Positions 29,120 to 37,747 of a stretch of 64,000 nt of DNA are shown here, in pieces (position 1 is the first letter of the stretch; each line of letters begins with the position of its first letter). The stretch is taken from NCBI GenBank assembly GCA_049969475.1, contig JBMFOU010000014.1, positions 8,700 through 72,699 of the forward strand, given 5' to 3'. The notes below the pieces were generated by a model. That model was not told the origin of the DNA. It worked only from the letters and a program-made list of their open reading frames with translations, and searched no databases. This DNA comes from Bacteroidales bacterium. GTDB taxonomy: Bacteria; Bacteroidota; Bacteroidia; Bacteroidales; TTA-H9. Both the position numbers and the translations under genes were made by a program.

Positions 29120-29902
29120 TCAGGCAATAATAACCCTTACACCCTGGTCTTCCAATTTCTTTTTGTCTTCGGGGGAGATTCCTTCATCGGTTACCAACGT
29201 ATGGATGCGGTCGATGCTGCAAATGAATGCCAGGCTTTTGCGCTGGAACTTGCTTGAGTCGGTGACCACAATTACCTCCTTGGCGTTTCGTATCATGAGT
29301 TCGTTCAGATAAGCTTCTTCGAGGTTAGGGGTGTAGATGCCCTGAGAAGCAATAATCCCGTCAACTCCCAGGAAAATTTTATCAACGAAAAGATTCTGGA
29401 GGTTTTTCTCGGCCAGCGGGCCTACCAACGAGAGCGAATTATGCCGCAGATAGCCTCCGGGAACAATGAGTTGCACATCGTTGTGGTTGGCCAGGTGCGA
29501 TATTATGTTCAGTGCGTTGCTAATAACAGTTACTCCTTTGATGCTTCCTATGTTTTTTGCCACTTCGAAAGTTGTGGTTCCACTATCTATAATAATGGTA
29601 TCGTTTTCTTTTACTAGTTCAGCAGCCTTGCGGCCTATTCTGGCTTTTTCCTGGTAATGGATTTTATTTTTTTCAGAGATATGAATATCGAGCCCTACCG
29701 CCGATTCTGCTTTGATAGCCCCTCCGCGTACCCGGATCAAAAGGCCTTTTTTTTCAAGCTTTTCAAGGTCGTTGCGAACGGTAACCTCGCTTACCCCGTA
29801 TTGTTGGCTAAGTTCGTCGATAAATATGTGTCCCTGCGATGAAAGTCTGTTGAGGATTTCTCGACGGCGTTCTACCGTATTGTTTTTACGAGGGGTGGCC
29901 AT
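29120..29902 (-). CDS. DeoR/GlpR family transcriptional repressor (AgaR-like by genomic context)
   Basis: The N-terminal HTH is RRREILNRLSSQGHIFIDELSQQYGVSEVTVRNDLEKLEKKGLL and the C-terminal part is a DeoR_C sugar-phosphate sensor domain. The gene is divergent from agaS. Confidence 0.9.
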   Translation of the reverse strand: MATPRKNNTVERRREILNRLSSQGHIFIDELSQQYGVSEVTVRNDLEKLEKKGLLIRVRGGAIKAESAVGLDIHISEKNKIHYQEKARIGRKAAELVKENDTIIIDSGTTTFEVAKNIGSIKGVTVISNALNIISHLANHNDVQLIVPGGYLRHNSLSLVGPLAEKNLQNLFVDKIFLGVDGIIASQGIYTPNLEEAYLNELMIRNAKEVIVVTDSSKFQRKSLAFICSIDRIHTLVTDEGISPEDKKKLEDQGVRVIIA

Positions 29903-30102
29903 TTTTATAAGTTTTTGAAAGCAAAAATAAGATGCAAATTTACGGTTTTAAAGTGTAAATTATACAAGTAGTAGAAGTTGTTTTGTCAATTTATTGTTTA
30001 TCAATATTTTGTTTCAGGTTTATCCCGGATGGAATTAAGAAAAATCCTGTAAAAAAAGATTATACGAGTTTTTTTATGTTCAAAGTTAATATTAAGCATA
30101 AA

Positions 30103-30165
30103 AAGCTTCGAAACCTTATAAAAAATTTTCAAAAGCTTTAAAAAAAATTTGTATTCTTTCGAAAT
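30103..30165. promoter_or_regulatory. candidate DeoR operator sites (TTCGAA-type palindromes)
   Basis: Three sites are present: AAGCTTCGAAAC (30103-30114), AAAGCTTT (30132-30139) and CTTTCGAAAT (30156-30165). The CGAAA cores are 51 bp apart. The last site lies between the -33 and -7 elements. Confidence 0.45.
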
Positions 30166-30178
30166 TTGATTATTTTTG
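30148..30178 (+). promoter_or_regulatory. candidate Bacteroidota promoter for the agaS operon
   Basis: A TTTG -33-like element (30148-30151) and TATTTTTG (30171-30178, TAnnTTTG) are separated by 19 bp. The ATG is at 30201. Confidence 0.5.
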
Positions 30179-30200
30179 CCTAAACAAAAAATAAGCCGGT

Positions 30201-31367
30201 ATGCAATATTTAGGATACGATGAGACCTGGCTACAAGAAAAGGGAGGCTTGTTTACAGCCCGGGAGATTGCTGGTCAGCCTGATCTTTGGCAGGCTACTT
30301 ACGCCTTGGTGGAGGAACAGATAATTCCCTTGAGCGAGTTTTTAGGGTCAGCGCTGGCCGATACCACCCGAATTGTGTTAACAGGGGCTGGGACCAGTGG
30401 TTATATTGGTTTTTCGTTGTACACAGTTTTCAGAAGATGCCTGGGCAAACATGTGTTGGTTATTCCCACTACTGAACTGGTTACTCATCCTTCGCATTAT
30501 TTTTTTTCTGACGACCGTCTGCTGCTTGTCTCGTTTGCCCGCTCGGGCAATAGCCCTGAGAGCCTAGCTGCCGTTGAACTTGCCGAAAAATTCAGTGGAT
30601 ATGTAAGACACCTTGTAATTACTTGTGACCCGCAGGGGAACCTGGCCCGCTACTCTTCGTCTTTTCCCAAATACAACCTCATACTGCCACCGGCCTCCAA
30701 CGACCAGAGCCTTGCCATGACAGGAAGTTATACCTCTATGTTGCTGGCTGGTTATCTGATAGCCCGCTACAAAGTCTTTGCTCAACTTTCGGGGTTGGTT
30801 CAGCAGGTGAGTGCCTATGGTAAAAATTTGCTTCAGACCTATCCAGTTCTTATTCATCAATTAGCAGAGCGTGAATTTGGGAGGGTCGTTTTCCTGGGTT
30901 CAGGCCCGCTGCTGGGAACAGCTATGGAGTCTCATCTTAAAGTCCAGGAACTTACCGATGGGCAGGTGGTCTGCAAATTTGACTCTTTCCTCGGATTTCG
31001 TCATGGACCCAAAGCAGTGATTGATGAAAATACCCTGGTGGTCTTCATTCTTTCCAATCAGGATTATGTGCATCAGTATGAGCGCGATCTTATCCATAGC
31101 ATGGATAAGGGCAAGCCACCGCTGGCTACGGTGGCGGTCTCTGAAAATACCTTTTCAGGTCTCTCTTTCGACCTCCATATTCGCATGAACGATGTATTTA
31201 CAACCCCACTTCCTGAAGAATTATTACCTGTTGTTGCCGTAGTTCCGGCCCAGATGCTTGGTTTTTATAAATCATTGAACCTGGGGCTTTCGCCTGATAA
31301 TCCCTCGGTGAATGGGGCTATTTCGCGTGTAGTTGAGAATGTAACCATTTATCCCTGTAATCCATGA
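30201..31367 (+). CDS. agaS: AgaS-type double-SIS protein (galactosamine-6-phosphate deaminase/isomerase, giving tagatose-6-P)
   Basis: The motifs LTGAGTSGYIG, FARSGNSPESLAAVELAEKF, FRHGPKAVIDENTLVVF and NGAISRVVENVTIYP parallel E. coli AgaS as I recall it. Length is 388 aa. Confidence 0.85.
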   Translation: MQYLGYDETWLQEKGGLFTAREIAGQPDLWQATYALVEEQIIPLSEFLGSALADTTRIVLTGAGTSGYIGFSLYTVFRRCLGKHVLVIPTTELVTHPSHYFFSDDRLLLVSFARSGNSPESLAAVELAEKFSGYVRHLVITCDPQGNLARYSSSFPKYNLILPPASNDQSLAMTGSYTSMLLAGYLIARYKVFAQLSGLVQQVSAYGKNLLQTYPVLIHQLAEREFGRVVFLGSGPLLGTAMESHLKVQELTDGQVVCKFDSFLGFRHGPKAVIDENTLVVFILSNQDYVHQYERDLIHSMDKGKPPLATVAVSENTFSGLSFDLHIRMNDVFTTPLPEELLPVVAVVPAQMLGFYKSLNLGLSPDNPSVNGAISRVVENVTIYPCNP

Positions 31368-32662
31368 ATGTCCAACTTAGAGAGACTGCCGTTAAGTCGG
31401 GTAAGCCGCTGGTGGTTTATTTAATGGAAGAGATGCGCCGTTTAGAGCAGCAGACAGGGATTCGCCGCACGCTCCTGGCGGTCTGCCCCAATAGTCTGGG
31501 GGTTATCAGGGCGGCTTTACGGGCAGCAAAACGCTGGGATGCCCCTATTAAATTTGCCGCTACACTCAATCAAGTGGATGTCGACGGGGGCTACACCCGA
31601 CTCTCGCAGCAGGAACTGGTCCAATTTATTCACACTGAAGCTGCCCGAATTCATCTGCAGGTACCCGTTATCATTGCTATTGATCATGGAGGGCCCTGGC
31701 TTAAAGACCAGCATGCCCGCGAGCAATGGTCTTTCGAAGAAACGATGAATGCCGTTAAGAAGTCTTTTGAGGCAGCCATCGCAGCCGGCTACGACCTTAT
31801 TCATGTTGATCCTACGGTGGATATTACTCTTCCCCGTGGTGTGAATATTTCAATAGAAACGGTAGCCGAACGAACGGCTGAGTTGATTCGGCATGCCGAA
31901 TGGTTTCGGCGTAGTCATGGATATCCTCCTATTGCATATGAAGTAGGAACTGAGGAAGTACACGGAGGGCTGGCCGATTTGCAGGTATTTCGTACATTTT
32001 TGCAACTCCTTAAGAAGCTTCTGCGGGAGGCAAAGCTTGAAGATGTGTGGCCTGTTTTTGTAGTAGGCAAAGTAGGTACCGATTTGCATACCACTGAATT
32101 CGATCCCGAGGTAGCCCGTAAGCTGGTGGCCGAAGCAGGTGCCTATGGAAGTTTTATCAAAGGTCATTACACAGATAATGTGGATCATCCCGAACTCTAT
32201 CCCATGTCGGGAATAGGCGCGGCCAATGTAGGCCCTGAATTCACCGAGCGCGAATATGAGGCCCTCGAGGAATTATCCTTAATTCAAGATAAACTTTTCG
32301 AACAAGGAAGGGTGCCTGCAAAAATTCCCATCCTTTCTTTGCTAAGGCAGGCAGTTCTGGCCTCTGGCCGCTGGAAGAAATGGCTGCAGCCCGGGGAAGA
32401 CCCTCAGTATTTCGACTCGCTTTCATCAGAGCGGCAGCAATGGCTCATAAAAACAGGATGCCGGTATATATGGGAAAACCCTGAAATAGTGGCTGCCCGT
32501 TGTCGGCTTTTCGAAAATCTGCGTCTGTTGGGTATCGACCCCGAGGCTATTCTTGATGCTCATCTTCAAAAAACCCTTGATAAATATTTCTATAATTTTA
32601 ACCTTAAGGGGTTCAATGCCTTGATAAACCAACAAATTTCAACCTATGCACAAAATATATGA
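31364..32662 (+). CDS. GatZ/KbaZ family protein (tagatose-bisphosphate aldolase accessory subunit or tagatose-6-P 4-epimerase)
   Basis: It is 432 aa, with LLAVCPNS, ATLNQVD..GGYT, DHGGPW and YEVGTEEVHGG blocks typical of the family. Its start overlaps the agaS stop in an ATGA. Confidence 0.8.
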   Translation: MNVQLRETAVKSGKPLVVYLMEEMRRLEQQTGIRRTLLAVCPNSLGVIRAALRAAKRWDAPIKFAATLNQVDVDGGYTRLSQQELVQFIHTEAARIHLQVPVIIAIDHGGPWLKDQHAREQWSFEETMNAVKKSFEAAIAAGYDLIHVDPTVDITLPRGVNISIETVAERTAELIRHAEWFRRSHGYPPIAYEVGTEEVHGGLADLQVFRTFLQLLKKLLREAKLEDVWPVFVVGKVGTDLHTTEFDPEVARKLVAEAGAYGSFIKGHYTDNVDHPELYPMSGIGAANVGPEFTEREYEALEELSLIQDKLFEQGRVPAKIPILSLLRQAVLASGRWKKWLQPGEDPQYFDSLSSERQQWLIKTGCRYIWENPEIVAARCRLFENLRLLGIDPEAILDAHLQKTLDKYFYNFNLKGFNALINQQISTYAQNI

Positions 32663-33599
32663 TTTGCTGGTGGTTGGTGAGCTGAATGTAGATGTGATTC
32701 TCAATCAGATAGATGGATATCCGCAATTGGGCAAGGAAATTTTTGCCCAGCGGATGGATGTGGTTTTGGGCAGTTCTTCAGCCATTTTTGCCAGTGTGGC
32801 CGCCACCCTGGGGCTTAAGGTTGCCTTTGCTGGCATGGTTGGCCACGATGCCTATGGCCACTTCATTCTTAATCAGCTGGCTAACAGAGGTATAAATACT
32901 GTAGGCGTAAAGGTTTCGCAAGATTATGCTTCGGGGGCAACCCTTGTTCTGAATTACGGAAATGAAAGAGCCATGGTGACCTATCCCGGTGCTATGGCAC
33001 ATTTTAAATTGGTGGACATCGATGGGACATTGTTGCAGCAGAGCCGACATCTACATGTTTCATCCGTTTTTCTGCAGCCCGGAATGAAGGCTGATTGGGT
33101 TCAACTCATGCAGAAAGCACATGAAGCGGGATTAACCACATCGATGGACCCCCAGTGGGATCCGGCAGAAGCTTGGGACTTGCCCTGGGAGGAGCTACTA
33201 CCCCGGGTGGATTATTTTCTGCCCAATGCAGCAGAACTTAAAGCTATTACGGGTAGGGAAGACTTAAAAGAAGCCATGGATGCTTTGCTCACACATGCCC
33301 GGACCCTAATCGTCAAGGATGGTACGCAAGGGGCCTGGCTAGGCAGAGGTAATGAGCGTGTGCACCAGCCTGCGTTTATTAACCATCAAGTGGTGGATGC
33401 TATCGGTGCAGGCGATAGTTTCGATGCCGGTTTTATTACCGGAATGTTAAAAGGTTTATCCGAAACCGAATCATTGCGGCTGGCATCGCTCTGCGGAGCT
33501 ATCAATACTACAGCGGCCGGGGGTACAGGAGCCTTTGTGAGTCTGCCTGTGGTTCGACAAATGGCTTTAAATAAATTCGGAACGAAATTTCTTCTTTGA
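32646..33599 (+). CDS. PfkB family carbohydrate kinase
   Basis: It has the ribokinase-like fold signatures VVGELNVDV near the N-terminus and DAIGAGDSFDAGF near the C-terminus. It overlaps the upstream gene by 17 nt. Confidence 0.8.
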   Translation: MHKIYDLLVVGELNVDVILNQIDGYPQLGKEIFAQRMDVVLGSSSAIFASVAATLGLKVAFAGMVGHDAYGHFILNQLANRGINTVGVKVSQDYASGATLVLNYGNERAMVTYPGAMAHFKLVDIDGTLLQQSRHLHVSSVFLQPGMKADWVQLMQKAHEAGLTTSMDPQWDPAEAWDLPWEELLPRVDYFLPNAAELKAITGREDLKEAMDALLTHARTLIVKDGTQGAWLGRGNERVHQPAFINHQVVDAIGAGDSFDAGFITGMLKGLSETESLRLASLCGAINTTAAGGTGAFVSLPVVRQMALNKFGTKFLL

Positions 33600-34435
33600 A
33601 TAAATCTTTAAAACTCATGCTACTTCAGGAAAAACTTGTTGCATTACGGAATGAAAAAAAAGCCATACTGGCCACTAATTTCTACAATTTTGAAACCCTT
33701 GTTGGAATTCTGAGGGCAGCTGCCCAGAGTCAACAACCTATCATTCTCCAACTCTCTGAGAGTTCCATTAACTATATGGGATTGAAAATTGCCGTAGGCA
33801 TGGCCAGAGCTGCCATAGCCGAAACGGGAGTTGAAGCCTGGTTGCACCTGGATCATGGAAGCAACGTGGAACTGGTCAGGCGTTGCCTCGATGAAGGATT
33901 TGATTCTGTGATGATTGATGCCAGCGAACATCCTTTTAAATATAATGTGGAACTCACCCGACAGGTGGTGCGCGAAGCAGAACCCTATAAGGCTTGTGTA
34001 GAGGCAGAGCTGGGCTATGTGGCTAAACTGGGCCAGAATCAGACCGAAGAAGGCTTTACCTCTCCTGAAGATGCCCGACGTTTTGTAGAAGAAACGGGTG
34101 TGCATGCTCTGGCAGTTGCCATTGGCTCAGCCCATGGATTTTATAAAGAACCACCCAGGCTACGACTCGACTTATTGGAGGAAATATCCAGAGCTACGCC
34201 AATTCCGCTGGTGCTTCATGGCAGCTCCGGTATCCCCGATAATATGTTACGCGAGGCCATTCTTAGAGGTATCACAAAGATCAATTTGGCTACCGAAACC
34301 AAAAACATTTTTATGATGAAGCTCCGCCAGTTGCTGGCTACCAGCGACGAAATAGATCTTCGCAAGGTGTTCCCTCCTGCTATCGACGAGGTAATTCAGC
34401 TCATTTCCTATAAGATAGATGTAATAATCGGATAG
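33596..34435 (+). CDS. class II fructose/tagatose-bisphosphate aldolase (KbaY/GatY-like)
   Basis: It has HLDHGS, EAELG, AVAIGSAHG and LVLHGSSG motifs. The start is either the TTG at 33596 (overlapping the upstream TGA) or the ATG at 33617. Confidence 0.85.
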   Translation: MNKSLKLMLLQEKLVALRNEKKAILATNFYNFETLVGILRAAAQSQQPIILQLSESSINYMGLKIAVGMARAAIAETGVEAWLHLDHGSNVELVRRCLDEGFDSVMIDASEHPFKYNVELTRQVVREAEPYKACVEAELGYVAKLGQNQTEEGFTSPEDARRFVEETGVHALAVAIGSAHGFYKEPPRLRLDLLEEISRATPIPLVLHGSSGIPDNMLREAILRGITKINLATETKNIFMMKLRQLLATSDEIDLRKVFPPAIDEVIQLISYKIDVIIG

Positions 34436-34441
34436 AAACAA

Positions 34442-35554
34442 ATGCTTATCACCATGAAAATACATGCCAATAGCTTTATACTCTCTGTACTGTTGATTGC
34501 GACTTTATCAATACAAGCCCAACAAAACCCTGAACGTTTGCTACTGGCTCATTATAGGCCCCAGAGCATCTACCGCGTACCTTCCACACAGGTAAAAAAG
34601 CCCTGCTGCTCGGTCATCGATATGCACTCGCATGCCTATGCCACCACGCCTGAAGAGGTTAAAAACTGGGTGCAGACTATGGATAGTCTGGGTATAGAAA
34701 AAGTAGTGATACTCAGCATGGCCACCGGAGCCCGTTTCGATTCCATTATGGATTTATATGGTGCATACCCTGATCGTTTTGTGGTTTATTGTGGACTGGA
34801 TTATTCAACGTATGGAACTCCTGATTTTCCTGCTGCGGCTGTCAGAGAACTCGAGCGTTGTTATCGGAAGGGAGCTCGAGGCGTGGGCGAGCTGGGCGAC
34901 AAAGGTCTTGGAGAGCTTTATTCCTGGCCCAAACCTGGTTATGGTCTTCACATCGACGACCCTTTGCTTAAACCCCTTTACGAAAAATGTGCTGAGCTCA
35001 ATATGCCAGTCAACATTCATGTAGCCGAGCCCTATTGGTTTTACCTGCCCATGGACTCCACCAACGATGGGCTGATGAATGCCTGGAAGTGGAGAATTGA
35101 TAGGTCGAAACCCGATTTACGCTCTTACGACGAATTGATCAACTCACTCGAAAATGTTGTAAGAGACAATCCCCGGACGATTTTTGTGGCAGCTCACTAT
35201 GCCAATCTTAATCATGACCCCGAACGCCTGGGGCAGCTTCTCGATCAATACCCTAATCTCTATGCTGACATTTCGGCCCGCTATGCCGAGCAATCGAATA
35301 TTCCCCGTTACATGCGTAATTTTTTTATTAAACATCAGGATAAGCTCCTTTATGGAACCGATATGGGCTACGATATTTCAATGTATAGGTTGACTTTCAG
35401 AATTTTAGAATCAACCGACGAGCATTTCTATGCTACCGAACTTTTCAATTATCACTGGGCCCTCAATGGATGGGATATCCCTAAAGCGGTGCTCCAAAAG
35501 GTGTATTATAAAAATGCCCAGCACATATTGGGATTAGGAGAGAAAAACAAATGA
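34442..35554 (+). CDS. exported metal-dependent amidohydrolase (Amidohydro_2-like TIM barrel)
   Basis: It has the signal peptide MKIHANSFILSVLLIATLSIQAQQ and an HxH metal motif in VIDMHSHAY. NIHVAEP and AAHYAN are later metal-ligand-like motifs. Confidence 0.7.
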   Translation: MLITMKIHANSFILSVLLIATLSIQAQQNPERLLLAHYRPQSIYRVPSTQVKKPCCSVIDMHSHAYATTPEEVKNWVQTMDSLGIEKVVILSMATGARFDSIMDLYGAYPDRFVVYCGLDYSTYGTPDFPAAAVRELERCYRKGARGVGELGDKGLGELYSWPKPGYGLHIDDPLLKPLYEKCAELNMPVNIHVAEPYWFYLPMDSTNDGLMNAWKWRIDRSKPDLRSYDELINSLENVVRDNPRTIFVAAHYANLNHDPERLGQLLDQYPNLYADISARYAEQSNIPRYMRNFFIKHQDKLLYGTDMGYDISMYRLTFRILESTDEHFYATELFNYHWALNGWDIPKAVLQKVYYKNAQHILGLGEKNK

Positions 35555-35557
35555 GCT

Positions 35558-37615
35558 ATGAGAAAAAGCAGAATTTATCTTTTAGGTTTTTTAGCGCTGG
35601 TAATGGTCTCATGCGGGAAAAATAGGGAGGTCAGCCAGGGCCATTTAAAGCTGTTGTTGAATGACCAGATGCAAACCAAGATAGTGCTGGATGATGGCGC
35701 AAGGGTAGAACTCACCCAAGGTTGGCATGCTTCTGAGTATTTGAATTGTGGAGATTTCGAGGCCAAAGATTTCAAATTGGTGGAATTCACAAAAGGAGAA
35801 TCGGAAACCCTTGCGTGGAAAACGGCAGCTGTGGCCCGCGGTATTTTCGTAAAAGACAGCATTCGTCTTGAAAAGCAGATACATTATGTGTATTGCGATT
35901 CATTATCCGATTTCTTGTTAGTGAAAGTCAGTTACATCAACCAGGGCAGTAAGCCTGTAAGAGTGAGCCAGTGGGTGAATCATGCCTATGTACTGGCTTC
36001 AGCCGGTGATAAGCCTTCTTTCTGGTCGTTTCAAGGAAGCAGCGATCCATCGCGTCACGACTGGATATTACCCATCGACAGTGCTTTTTATCGGGAGAAT
36101 TATATGGGTATGAATGCCAGCGACTATGGGGGCGGAATTCCCCTGGTGGATGTTTGGCGCAGGGATGCTGGTCTGGCCATAGGGCATGGGGCCTTGCAGC
36201 CCGAAAGGGTGAGTTTTCCGGTGAAAACCGACTCCGCGACCAGGGAGTTAAGCCTGTGTGTAACGTACAATTATCCTGAACCGCTGGAATTGAAACCTGG
36301 TGATACAATTCACGCACTTCCTACATGGATTAAGGTGCATCGGGGCGATTGTTTTGGAAGCCTTCGTCAGTATGCTCGCTATTTGCACTTGCAGGGAATA
36401 AATTTTCCGGAGGCCGAACCCGGTGCATTTGAGCCTGTATGGTGTGCCTGGGGCTATGGTCGTGAAGCTACCCGCGAAGAGATACTCAACACCTTACCCA
36501 AGGTGAAAGAACTAGGCTTTACCTGGGTTGATATCGACGATGGATATCAACAGGCCGAAGGCGATTGGGATGTTAACCAACGGAAATATCCTCGGGGCGA
36601 TGCAGATATGCGCAGTCTTGTGGACGAAATACACAAAGCCGGTCTGAAGGCTAAAATCTGGTGGGCACCCCTGGCTGTGGATCCTGGAAGCATATTATTG
36701 CAGTCGTATCCTCAAATTGCTTTGATAAATCAAGAAGGGAAACATCAGGATATTAGCTGGTGGGACAGCTATTACATGTCGCCCTTGCATCCCCTTACCC
36801 TCCAACACACCCGCTCAGTCCTTACAAAATTCCTTTCAGTATGGGACTACGACGGGCTGAAGGTAGATGGGCAGCATATCAACTGCATACCTCCTGATTA
36901 TAATACAACGGCTGGATATTTATCACCCGATGAGGCCCCGCGGCGTCTTCCAGAGTTTTTCAGAATGGTGTGGGAAACGGCACGCAAGCTGAAGCCGAAC
37001 GCTGTGGTTCAGCTCTGTCCGTGCGGTTGTGTAATGTCGGTATTTCATCTTCCCTATATGAATCAGGCTGTAGCCTCCGACCCGCTATCGAGCTGGCAGA
37101 TACGTAGTAAAGGGTTTGTTTACAAGGCCCTGGCCCCACAGTTGGCTTACTATGGCGACCATATTGAGCTTAGCGATGGAGGATCTGATTTCGCCAGCCA
37201 GATAGGAGTAGGTGGGGTGCCTGGAACCAAGTTTACCTGGCCTGCAGATCATCCTGGAAGTACCGAATCGTTCCTGCTAACACCCGAAAAAGAAGCATTG
37301 ATTAAAAAATGGGTGGGGATTTACCGGCAAAAAATGATTTCCACAGGAGAATATCTCGGTGGACTTTACGACATAGGCTATGAGCGGCCCGAAGCCCATG
37401 TGATAAAAAAATCTGACACGCTCTACTACGCCTTCTATGCTCCAACTTTCGACGGCGAAATAACCCTCAGGGGATTGAAGCCCAAAACTCACTTTAAAGT
37501 TTATGACTACGAAAATAACAAACTTCTCGCTACAGTGCTGGGAGAACAATCCTCGCTCAGAGTCACCTTTAATGGGCACCTGCTTTTGGAAGCGATTCCT
37601 ATAGCTCAACCTTAA
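35558..37615 (+). CDS. lipoprotein glycoside hydrolase, alpha-galactosidase-like (clan GH-D, GH27/36-like TIM barrel)
   Basis: It has a lipobox (LVMVSCG). The catalytic-core-like motifs VWCAWGYG, FTWVDIDDGYQ, GLKAKIWWAP and GLKVDGQH resemble melibiase-type enzymes. I could not assign a family by eye. Confidence 0.5.
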   Translation: MRKSRIYLLGFLALVMVSCGKNREVSQGHLKLLLNDQMQTKIVLDDGARVELTQGWHASEYLNCGDFEAKDFKLVEFTKGESETLAWKTAAVARGIFVKDSIRLEKQIHYVYCDSLSDFLLVKVSYINQGSKPVRVSQWVNHAYVLASAGDKPSFWSFQGSSDPSRHDWILPIDSAFYRENYMGMNASDYGGGIPLVDVWRRDAGLAIGHGALQPERVSFPVKTDSATRELSLCVTYNYPEPLELKPGDTIHALPTWIKVHRGDCFGSLRQYARYLHLQGINFPEAEPGAFEPVWCAWGYGREATREEILNTLPKVKELGFTWVDIDDGYQQAEGDWDVNQRKYPRGDADMRSLVDEIHKAGLKAKIWWAPLAVDPGSILLQSYPQIALINQEGKHQDISWWDSYYMSPLHPLTLQHTRSVLTKFLSVWDYDGLKVDGQHINCIPPDYNTTAGYLSPDEAPRRLPEFFRMVWETARKLKPNAVVQLCPCGCVMSVFHLPYMNQAVASDPLSSWQIRSKGFVYKALAPQLAYYGDHIELSDGGSDFASQIGVGGVPGTKFTWPADHPGSTESFLLTPEKEALIKKWVGIYRQKMISTGEYLGGLYDIGYERPEAHVIKKSDTLYYAFYAPTFDGEITLRGLKPKTHFKVYDYENNKLLATVLGEQSSLRVTFNGHLLLEAIPIAQP

Positions 37616-37640
37616 TGTTTGTTTCATAAACTTTGGATAG

Positions 37641-37685
37641 CTTACGAAATCTTAATATTTTGTTAAATCTATTTGCGAAAACTTA
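37641..37685. promoter_or_regulatory. second copy of the CTTnCGAAAT motif region, upstream of susC
   Basis: By hand alignment, CTTACGAAATCTTAATATTTTGT (37641-37663) matches the agaS site CTTTCGAAATTTGATTATTTTTG at 17 of 23 positions. A second CGAAA core at 37676 lies 31 bp away. Confidence 0.4.
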
Positions 37686-37694
37686 TTTTTATAT

Positions 37695-37702
37695 TAATTT
37701 TG
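37695..37702 (+). promoter_or_regulatory. candidate -7 box (TAATTTTG) for susC
   Basis: It matches TAnnTTTG and lies 46 nt upstream of the ATG at 37748. Confidence 0.4.
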
Positions 37703-37747
37703 TGCTCTGCAGGCCAAAAAATCATTAACCAAAAACCAGTTAAAACT

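Noticed and set aside
33644-34105. A 153-aa antisense ORF within the class II aldolase gene. Similar antisense ORFs lie at 42820-43212, 63112-63525 and 63597-63818.
   Set aside because: Each is antisense to a gene with strong family motifs. The ORF at 63597-63818 is opposite the signal-peptide ORF that starts at 63576.
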